Shown piece by piece: positions 29,306 to 36,756 of a DNA stretch of 64,000 nt. Within the stretch, counting starts at the first letter, position 1. Every line of letters begins with the position of its first letter. A model generated the notes under the pieces. It saw only the letters and a program-made list of their open reading frames with translations. It was not told the origin of the DNA and did not search any database. A program made the position numbers and the translations under genes. The stretch lies in NCBI GenBank assembly GCA_963850315.1, contig CAWKKN010000003.1, positions 106,032 through 170,031 of the forward strand. The letters are read 5' to 3'. Origin of the DNA: an uncultured Actinomycetes bacterium (GTDB lineage: Bacteria > Actinomycetota > UBA4738 > HRBIN12).

Positions 29306-30106
29306 ATGGCCGCGCCCGCAGCCGAGATCGGCGTGTTCGGAGGCTCCGGCTTCTACGCGTTCTTGGAGCGGACCGAGACGGTGCAGATACAGACGCCCTA
29401 CGGCGCGCCGAGCGCCCCTCCGGTGATCGGTGAGCTCGAAGGACGTCGCGTCGCGTTCATCCCACGCCACGGGGCCCACCACGAGTTCCCTCCCCACCGC
29501 GTCCCCTATCGGGCCAACGTCTGGGCGATGAGGGAGCTGGGGGTCCAGCGGATCCTCGGGCCGAACGCCTGCGGGTCGCTGCGAGCCGACGTGAGGCCCG
29601 GGGACTTCGTGATCTGCGACCAGCTCGTCGACCGCACGCGCGACCGCGTCAACACGTTCTACGACGGGCCGGTCACGACCCACATCTCCTTCGCCGACCC
29701 CTACTGTGACGTGATGCGAACGGTCGCCGTCGGGAAGGGTCGCGAGCTGGGGATCCCGCTGCGCGATCGGGGCACGGTCGTCGTGATCGAGGGTCCGAGG
29801 TTCTCGACGCGGGCGGAGTCGGCGTGGTTCGCAGCCGCGGGCTGGGAGGTCATCAACATGACGCAGTACCCAGAGGCCGTCCTCGCCCGCGAGCTCGAGC
29901 TCTGTTACGCGAACATCTCGCTCATCACGGACTACGACGTCGGAGTCGAGGATGTGCCTCCCGTGACACACGAGGAGGTCGTCCGCGTCTTCACCGAGAA
30001 CAACCAGCGACTGCGCGACCTGCTGTTCGCCGCGATCCCCGCCCTGCCGTTCGAGCGGACGTGCGTGTGCGCCACGGCGCTCACCGGCGCCCGATTCGAG
30101 GTCTGA
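29306..30106 (+). CDS. mtnP: S-methyl-5'-thioadenosine phosphorylase
   Basis: 266 aa. IGVFGGSGFY, FIPRHG..H, PHRVPYRANVWAMRELGV, VINMT..PE are PNP/MTAP family I blocks. Confidence 0.9.
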   Translation: MAAPAAEIGVFGGSGFYAFLERTETVQIQTPYGAPSAPPVIGELEGRRVAFIPRHGAHHEFPPHRVPYRANVWAMRELGVQRILGPNACGSLRADVRPGDFVICDQLVDRTRDRVNTFYDGPVTTHISFADPYCDVMRTVAVGKGRELGIPLRDRGTVVVIEGPRFSTRAESAWFAAAGWEVINMTQYPEAVLARELELCYANISLITDYDVGVEDVPPVTHEEVVRVFTENNQRLRDLLFAAIPALPFERTCVCATALTGARFEV

Positions 30107-30127
30107 TGGCACAGGATCCGGTCGCTC

Positions 30128-30295
30128 GTGCGCGTGGAGCTCGCGTTCCGTTCGACCGAGGACGAGAGCGCCGAGGCCCTTGGAGACCGGATCCGGGAGG
30201 CCGTCGCCATGATCGTGGGGCGTCAGCAGCTCGAGGAGTTCCGCGTGCGGGTTCTGCCCTTGACGCAGAAGAAGGGTCCGAGGCCGGTCGATTGA
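30128..30295 (+). CDS. Small hypothetical protein (55 aa), below the ORF-track length cut-off
   Basis: GTG-start ORF VRVELAFRSTEDESAEALGDRIREAVAMIVGRQQLEEFRVRVLPLTQKKGPRPVD. It has strong GC3 bias and fills the gap between mtnP and the SAF gene. The competing 172-aa frame is Arg-rich junk. Confidence 0.35.
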   Translation: MRVELAFRSTEDESAEALGDRIREAVAMIVGRQQLEEFRVRVLPLTQKKGPRPVD

Positions 30296-30386
30296 TGGGC
30301 GCGGCGGCCTTGACCTGCCCGGGAACCATCGCCTCACCGTGACGGCTGTCACGGAACGCCCGCGAAGCGGCCTCTAGCGTGGGTTC

Positions 30387-31085
30387 ATGTTCCGGCGCCG
30401 ACTCCCGATGTCGTCCCTCGTCTTCGCCGGCGTAGCCGTTGCGTGCGCGATCGCCGCCGTGGCCCTCATGCACGCGTATGCGCAGCGGCTGGAGGCGGCC
30501 CATCCGGCGCTCGGCGCGCCCGTCGCGGTCGAGGTGGCCACCCGCGCGTTGACCCGGGGAACGCAGCTCACGCCCGACATGCTGCGCTCGGAGCGGATCC
30601 CCTCCACGTTCGTACCGCCCGCCGCGGTGGCGAACTCGGACCAGCTGGTGGGCCGCACGCTCGCGGCCGACGTCGCGCGCGGGGACGCCCTGACGCGCAC
30701 GCGCCTCGCGGGCGCGTCGGTGGGCCCGGTCGCGGCGCTCGTGCCGCCGGGGTGGCGCGCGTTCCTCGTCCCCTCGACCCTGCCGCCCGGGGTCGTGTCG
30801 ACCGGCGACCTCGTCGACGTCCTGGCCGCGTTCGGCGGCGCCCGCAGCCACGTCGAGACCGCGGCCTCGGAGGTCGAGGTCGCCCGTGTCTTGCGGCCGA
30901 CGGATGCCGGCGGGATCGGGGAGACCGCCGGCGTGTCGGGACCCTCGCTCGTCCTGCTCGTGGACCCGGACACGGCGCGCGAGCTCGCGTACGCGATGGC
31001 GTTCGCCAAGCTCGTCGTGACGGTCGATCCGCCGGGTCCTCCCGCGCCTGCGCCCGAGGGAGCCTCAGGAGTCGACCCTCCATGA
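30387..31085 (+). CDS. SAF-domain membrane-anchored protein (CpaB/RcpC-like)
   Basis: N-terminal TM (SSLVFAGVAVACAIAAVALM), a SAF-like segment (VATRALTRGTQLTPDML..VGRTLAADVARGDALT) and a beta-rich C-terminal part. This is the usual partner of fmdB in actinobacterial clusters. Confidence 0.75.
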   Translation: MFRRRLPMSSLVFAGVAVACAIAAVALMHAYAQRLEAAHPALGAPVAVEVATRALTRGTQLTPDMLRSERIPSTFVPPAAVANSDQLVGRTLAADVARGDALTRTRLAGASVGPVAALVPPGWRAFLVPSTLPPGVVSTGDLVDVLAAFGGARSHVETAASEVEVARVLRPTDAGGIGETAGVSGPSLVLLVDPDTARELAYAMAFAKLVVTVDPPGPPAPAPEGASGVDPP

Positions 31086-31125
31086 AGGGCGCTCATGAGC
31101 TCGAGCTGGTCTCGGCCAGTGGGCC

Positions 31126-31369
31126 TCAGTCGACGTAGCCCTCGACCGTCGCCGAGTCGCGCACCCGGGCGTCGTTGGGGTTCGAGCCCAGCGTCCCGCC
31201 GGGCGCGACGCTGGTGCAATAGGTCCCAACACTGGTCGAGCGTGACCTCGATCGTACGGATGCGTTCACGCTCCGCCGCGCTCGCCTCGCCCGTGGATTC
31301 CTTCTGGAACAGCTCGTGCTCCTCGGCCGCAAGCTGGTTGATCCGCTCGATCACCGCATCGTCGTTCAT
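31126..31369 (-). pseudogene. DUF2630-family small protein, with a single frameshift in this assembly
   Basis: MNDDAVIERINQLAAEEHELFQKE..ERERIRTIEVTLDQCWDLLHQRRARRDAG continues in another frame as NPNDARVRDSATVEGYVD (stop at 31126). The junction is at the CCC run about 31187. Confidence 0.7.
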
Positions 31370-31543
31370 ATACGCCTCCTAAAGAGCTCTCTCCCATCCT
31401 CCCACCGCCACAGGGAGTTGGGGGTCACGAGAGCGGCATCGCCCTGCGCCCCAGGCCGAATCTATCCGGGCGATCCCCCTCTGGCCGGTGCACGACCCCG
31501 GCCTAGGGACCTAGCATCTAGCTGACACGACCGCAAAGGAGCG

Positions 31544-32902
31544 ATGTCCGTGGGTTCGGCCCGCCGACGAAAGCTCGAGGCTGCCCTCGAGAAGGCCACG
31601 ATCGACCTGGGATCGACGCGTGCGGAGCGCGACCTGCTCGCCTCTACGCTGCACGATCTCCGGGAACACGGAGTCGCCCTGGATCCGGTCGAGGAAGGTC
31701 GGGCCTCCCCGCCTCCCAGCGTGGATCGGCTAGCGGCCCGGGTGAGCGAGCTGCGCGATCTGCTTACCGTGCTCGCGCCCCAGACGGAGGAGGAGCAACG
31801 GCACGCCCGCGAAGCGGTCGAGAAGATCCGACGCGCGAGCGAGCGCACGCAGGCACTGGAGCACCAGCTGGCGGCGGCGCGCCAGCACGAGGATCGGTTG
31901 AGCGAGCATGTGGTCCACGATCGCGCTGCGATCGCGGATCTGGAGGCGCGCATCGCGGAGTTCGAGGGCATCGAGGCGCGGATCGCGCGGTTCGACCACG
32001 AGCGTGGGGCTGTCGAGGAGAACGCGGCCGAGGTGGAGCACCTTCGCATGCGGATCGAGGACCTCCAGACGCATCTGGAGTCCGAGGCCGAGCGCGCCGA
32101 AGAGCTCGGGGTCGAGCTCGGCGCCGCTCAGGCGCGCATCCGCGAGATGGAGACGGACAGCGAGGCGACCGAGCTGCGGATCGCCGAGCTCACCGAGGCC
32201 CAGGACCTCGCGGAAACGCAACGCGAGACCGCCCTGGAGGCCCTGGAGGATCGCCTCAACGACCTGGAGCGGTTGCGCGCGCACGTCGCGCAGGCGCGAA
32301 CGTCGTCGGAGACCGCCGAGCGTGAGCGCGACGAACTCGCCTCGGCGCTCGAGCAGGCCGAGTCCGAGCGCGATGCTGCCCGTGCGGCGCTGGAGGCGCG
32401 GGTGGGTGACGTCCACCGGCTGCGCGACAAGGTCGCCGAACTCGAGGGTCGCCCGGAGGGGTCGCCCGACGGCGAGCCCGTCGAGCGCGATGCCCTGGAA
32501 GGCCCCGATCCGCTCGACGGATCGCCGCGCGATGCCGCTCTGGCTCCCGCTCCCGCCGACTCCGCACTGCCCCAGGACTCCATCGAGCTTCGGATCGCCC
32601 GCGTGCAGGAGCGCCTGGAGCAGACAGAGCTTCGGGTCCGCCGCGCCCTCACGACCGCCGAGGTCGCCGGGCCTGCGCGGTCGCTGGACCCCGACCCCGG
32701 GGACATCATCGACATCACGGGCCGGGACGCACAGCGGGAGCTCGACAAGCTCCGTGACGAGGTGACGGTCCTGGCCGAGCGGGCCACCGACGAAGAGGAG
32801 GCGCGCCAACGCGCGGAGCACGAGCTGGCTGCACTGCGCGGACGGGAGACCTCAACCCCGGCGGGACCGGTCGGGGAGAGCCCCCCGCCCGGAAGCGGTT
32901 AG
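31544..32902 (+). CDS. Long Glu/Arg/Ala/Leu-rich coiled-coil protein (hypothetical; possibly cytoskeletal or scaffold)
   Basis: 452 aa with AAGGAG upstream of the ATG. Nearly continuous heptad-like helical sequence (e.g. EHLRMRIEDLQTHLESEAERAEELGVELGAAQARIREMETDSEATELRIAELTEAQDLAE). It has a Pro-rich break (GRPEGSPDGEP..) and no TM, signal peptide or NTPase motif. Confidence 0.75.
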   Translation: MSVGSARRRKLEAALEKATIDLGSTRAERDLLASTLHDLREHGVALDPVEEGRASPPPSVDRLAARVSELRDLLTVLAPQTEEEQRHAREAVEKIRRASERTQALEHQLAAARQHEDRLSEHVVHDRAAIADLEARIAEFEGIEARIARFDHERGAVEENAAEVEHLRMRIEDLQTHLESEAERAEELGVELGAAQARIREMETDSEATELRIAELTEAQDLAETQRETALEALEDRLNDLERLRAHVAQARTSSETAERERDELASALEQAESERDAARAALEARVGDVHRLRDKVAELEGRPEGSPDGEPVERDALEGPDPLDGSPRDAALAPAPADSALPQDSIELRIARVQERLEQTELRVRRALTTAEVAGPARSLDPDPGDIIDITGRDAQRELDKLRDEVTVLAERATDEEEARQRAEHELAALRGRETSTPAGPVGESPPPGSG

Positions 32903-32954
32903 CCGGCCGGCTCCTCTCGCCCCGGTCGGACCGGATGTGTGAGACTGCGCCGCC

Positions 32955-34631
32955 ATGAGTGAGGTCGCCGCCGAGACGCACACGCGATCCCTCGACGCCT
33001 TCCGCGCCGTCTTGCGCAACCCGGAGCTGCGCCGGCTGCAGCTCGCCTGGGCGGGCTCCAACCTGGGCACCTGGGGGTATGGGGTGGCGCTGTCAGTGTT
33101 CGCCTACGACCACGGTGGCGCGACGGCGGTCGGGGTTGTCGGCCTCATCCGGCTGGTCCCGGCGGCGATCGCCGCGCCGTTCATGGGCGTGTTGGGCGAC
33201 CGGCATTCCCGCCGCCTCGTCATGGTCGCGTCCGACCTCAGTCGCGTGCTGGTGATCGGGTTGGCGGCGGCGGCGATCGTGCTCAAGATGAGCCCCGCCG
33301 TGGTGTACGCGTTGGCGGCGCTCGGGGTCGTCACCTCCACCGCCTTCCGTCCGGCCCAGGCGGCGATCATCCCGGGCCTCGCGAACACGCCCCAGGAGCT
33401 CACGGCGTCGAACGTCGTGTCGAGCAGCATCGAAGCGGTCGGCATGTTCGCCGGCCCCGCGGTGGGCGGCATCGTCCTCGCGCTGTCCGGCCCGGCTGCC
33501 GTGTTCGTGCTCGCCGCCGCGACGTTCCTGTGGTCCGCGATCCTGACGCTGCGGATCCACGAACCTCCGCCTCAGATGAAGGATGAGGCGCAGGAGCAGA
33601 CCGAGCATCCCTCGTTCATCGAGCAGTCCGTGGCGGGCTTCGGCACGGTCGCAAGGGAGCCCGGGCCCCGGCTCCTCGTGGGGCTCTTCGCGGCGCAGAC
33701 CCTGATCGCGGGCGCCCTCCTCGTCCTGGAGGTGGTGGTGGCCTTCCAGCTGCTGGGTCGGGGGCCCGCATGGGTGGGCGTGCTCTCGGCGGCGTTCGGG
33801 ATCGGGGGGCTCGTAGGCGCCGTGATCTCCGGCGCCCTCGTGGGCCGGGCGCGGCTCGCGATCGACTTCGGAGCGGGGATCCTCCTGTGGGGGTTGCCGC
33901 TGCTCTTCATCGCGGCCTGGCCCAACCCGGCCGTGGCGTGCGCCGCGATGGCGCTGATGGGCATCGGCAACACGCTCGTCGACGTCTCCGGGCTCACCCT
34001 GCTGCAGCGCAGCGTCCCCGACGACGTCCTCGCCCGCGTGTTCGGCGTGCTCGAGACCGTGTTCCTCGCGAGCGTAGCGCTGGGCGCGGTCCTGACGCCC
34101 TTGCTCGTGCACACCCTGGGCGCGCGGCCGACGCTGATCGCGGTAGGGGCTTTCCTTCCCGTCGTGGTCGCGCTATGGGGACGCAAGCTCATAGCCCTGG
34201 ACGCGTCCACGCACGCCCCCCCCGAGCGCGAGCTGGCGCTGCTGCGCGGGATCTCGTTCTTCGCCCCGCTGCCGCTGCCCGTGCAGGAGCACCTCGCAGG
34301 CCGCCTCGTCGCCAGCCTCGTGGACGCCGGCACTGTGGTCTTCGAGCAGGGGGCGCGGGGCGACCGCTTCTACATCGTGGCCGAGGGCGTCGTGGAGATC
34401 CTCAAGGACGGTTCCCCGATCGCCGAGATCCTCCCGGGTGGCTATTTCGGCGAGATCGCGCTCCTGCACGACGTGCCCCGGCAGGCGGCGACGAGGGCGC
34501 TGCGCGACACCGAGCTCCTTGCGCTCGAGGGCGAGGACTTCGTCTCGGCGGTCACGGGCCATGCCACCAGCCGGGAGGCCGCCGAGGCGGTCGTCCGCTC
34601 CTACGGACCCGGGCTCGGGATCCCGGGCTGA
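32955..34631 (+). CDS. MFS transporter fused to a C-terminal cyclic-nucleotide-binding (CAP/Crp-type effector) domain
   Basis: About 12 hydrophobic helices (aa 30-410), then LLRGISFFAPLP..AGTVVFEQGARGDRFYIVAEGVVEI..GGYFGEIALLHDVPRQATTRAL-like cNMP-binding beta-barrel motifs. Confidence 0.88.
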   Translation: MSEVAAETHTRSLDAFRAVLRNPELRRLQLAWAGSNLGTWGYGVALSVFAYDHGGATAVGVVGLIRLVPAAIAAPFMGVLGDRHSRRLVMVASDLSRVLVIGLAAAAIVLKMSPAVVYALAALGVVTSTAFRPAQAAIIPGLANTPQELTASNVVSSSIEAVGMFAGPAVGGIVLALSGPAAVFVLAAATFLWSAILTLRIHEPPPQMKDEAQEQTEHPSFIEQSVAGFGTVAREPGPRLLVGLFAAQTLIAGALLVLEVVVAFQLLGRGPAWVGVLSAAFGIGGLVGAVISGALVGRARLAIDFGAGILLWGLPLLFIAAWPNPAVACAAMALMGIGNTLVDVSGLTLLQRSVPDDVLARVFGVLETVFLASVALGAVLTPLLVHTLGARPTLIAVGAFLPVVVALWGRKLIALDASTHAPPERELALLRGISFFAPLPLPVQEHLAGRLVASLVDAGTVVFEQGARGDRFYIVAEGVVEILKDGSPIAEILPGGYFGEIALLHDVPRQAATRALRDTELLALEGEDFVSAVTGHATSREAAEAVVRSYGPGLGIPG

Positions 34632-34694
34632 GGACGCCGTCGGCCAGATCGTTGCCTGGAGCGATCCCGGCGCGCGTCGTATGGTGGGTTCGCG

Positions 34695-35534
34695 ATGACG
34701 CAACCTTCCCCGGCGCGCACGCGGACGCCCCGTCTTCGGATCGGCGGCGGCCTCGCGCTCGCCCTCGCGGCGATGGTGGCGTTCCTCGTGCCGGGCGAGG
34801 GGCATCCTCGCCCCGACTCTGCCCCGGGCCGCTGGGTGCTCACGTCGCACACGGCCGCGGTCGTGGCGGCGCTGGACCCCGCAGCGGCGCTTGCGCTCTT
34901 CGGATCCGCCGACGCGTACGTGTTCGGTGGATGGCCGGGCGCGACCCCCGCCCTGAGCTGGCCCAGCTATGCGTCCTTCGCGGCCGCCGTTGCGCTCGAC
35001 TCGATCCCTCCTGGGATCCGAACGGTCATGTACGACCCCGAAGGCTGGGCGGCCACTCCCCTTGCCGAGCAGCGAGACCCCGCGCGCTTCATGCGAGCGT
35101 TCGCGACCCTCGCGCACCGCGAAGGCTACACGGTCATCCTCACCCCCCAGCCCAACCTCACGAGCGTGCCCGGAGGCGTATGCCTGCATCGATCCGGGGA
35201 ATCGATCACCGCCGCCTACCTCCGCTGTGGACTGCCGGCCGAAGCCGCCCGCGTCGGCGATGTGGTCGACATCCAGGCTCAGTTCCTGGAGGGTGACGCT
35301 CCCGCCTACGAGGCAGTCGTGACGGCGGCAACACGGCAGGCGCGGTCGGCCGACCCCCGCGTGATCGTCGTGGCACACCTGTCCACGGCATATGCCTACA
35401 GCGCCCCGACGTTGTTCGCGGCCTGGCGCTCGGTCCAGGCCGTCGTCGACGGCGACTATCTGGGGATCCCCGACGGTATCCGCGCCGGGGTTGCCGTGAG
35501 CTTCCTCGACATGGTCCGCTCGCAACAGAGGTGA
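34695..35534 (+). CDS. Hypothetical exported or membrane-anchored protein
   Basis: 279 aa. N-terminal basic region plus hydrophobic helix (GGGLALALAAMVAFLV), GC3-rich codons, no domain recognised. Confidence 0.6.
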   Translation: MTQPSPARTRTPRLRIGGGLALALAAMVAFLVPGEGHPRPDSAPGRWVLTSHTAAVVAALDPAAALALFGSADAYVFGGWPGATPALSWPSYASFAAAVALDSIPPGIRTVMYDPEGWAATPLAEQRDPARFMRAFATLAHREGYTVILTPQPNLTSVPGGVCLHRSGESITAAYLRCGLPAEAARVGDVVDIQAQFLEGDAPAYEAVVTAATRQARSADPRVIVVAHLSTAYAYSAPTLFAAWRSVQAVVDGDYLGIPDGIRAGVAVSFLDMVRSQQR

Positions 35535-35543
35535 GTCCGGCGC

Positions 35544-36744
35544 TCAGCCGGCGGGCGCACCGTGCAGGTACTCGAAATGCATGCCATCGGGGACTAGGAA
35601 GGTTCCGCCCCAGTTGAATCCCCACCGCCGCAGCACGGCGACAAGACGCGGGTCCTGGTGCGGAGGCGAGCCGAACGGGTTCTGGGGTGCGTTGATGTCG
35701 ACGGCGGCGCCCCACGCGTGGAACGAGGGCGGCGCCGTATCCTTCGCGGCGAGCAACTCGGGGTTGTAGCAGCCGGCGTTGCTCCTCACCAGCGACCCGA
35801 GCCCCTCCCGCTGCAACTGCTCCATGGCGCCGATGAGGGCAGGGAAGAGCGCGCGGTTGCAGGTCTCGCTCCCCAGCAGCGGAACGTCGCGGGTCTCGAT
35901 ATGTGCGTCGTACCACGCGGAGATCCATGCGGAGCCTGATGGGATCGCCGGGATCTGGGTAGGCCGCGAACTCACCGAAGACCTTCTTGAGGACCACGGG
36001 TGGGGTCGAGCCCGATGACACGCGCACGTAGCTGACCTCCCCGGGAGCGGCCACCCGTACCGGGACGCCGCGCGTGACGTAGGGCTGGATGAGCGCGAGG
36101 AACGAGGCATCGCTGGGATCGCCCGTCATCTGCGCCAAGAGGTAACGGTCGTTCACGATGCCGAGCGGCGCGCCTGCGCTCCTCGACACCAGCATCTCGC
36201 TCCACCCCACGACGGGGTCGGGGACGACGGCGCCCACGGTCACGGTGTGCGCCCCGAACGAGAGCCGCCCACCGGGGCCTATGCGGCGCAGGTGCGCGCT
36301 CGTTGCGCCCAGCACGGCCTCGCCACGTTGCAGCGTGCGCACGAGAAGACCGCGGTACGCGGAGGAGACGAAGGGGGCGTACGCCTCGGGGTCCACCGCG
36401 AACGCATCGATCGGGATCGCGTAAGGGGGCGTCGGATCGTCGACGACGGTGCCGCTTGAGGAGATCGAGCGCGTGAGCCAGCGCGTGTCGCCCGCGACGA
36501 CGACCGCCCGCGCGACCCCCGCAAGAGACGGGATCTTGGCGGCGAAGCCGTCGGGGAACCCTCCCGGCATCCAGGCGAGGTAGGCGGGGGGCATCCGCAC
36601 CGCCGCTCCCCTCTTCGTTGACCGCGCCGGGACCGGCTGCGACCCCGGCGCACCAGGTTGCCCACCCCCGCCCCGCAGCAGCACGAACAACAGCACGACG
36701 ACCAGCGCGGCCGAGACGGCGGTGAAGGCGCGACGGCGATCCAT
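35544..36744 (-). pseudogene. Exported protein with a C-terminal M15-family (VanY-type) metallopeptidase domain, with a single frameshift in this assembly
   Basis: N-terminal anchor (FTAVSAALVVVLLFVLL) and about 270 aa in one frame. The C-terminal frame carries SFHAWGAAVDIN and WGFNWGGTFLVPDGMHFEY (M15 Zn ligand motifs). The frames join near 35941-35952. Confidence 0.8.
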
Positions 36745-36756
36745 CGGCTGAAGAGA

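Noticed and set aside
29824-30342. 172-aa plus-strand ORF overlapping the mtnP 3' end
   Set aside because: It is Arg/Gly/Pro-rich and out of phase with mtnP. The short GTG ORF at 30128-30295 in another frame has much more protein-like composition.
31544-32902. The coiled-coil protein as an SMC/RecN-type ATPase or a surface M-like protein
   Set aside because: It has no Walker A/B or signature motif, no signal peptide and no cell-wall anchor. Only a generic coiled-coil call is supportable.
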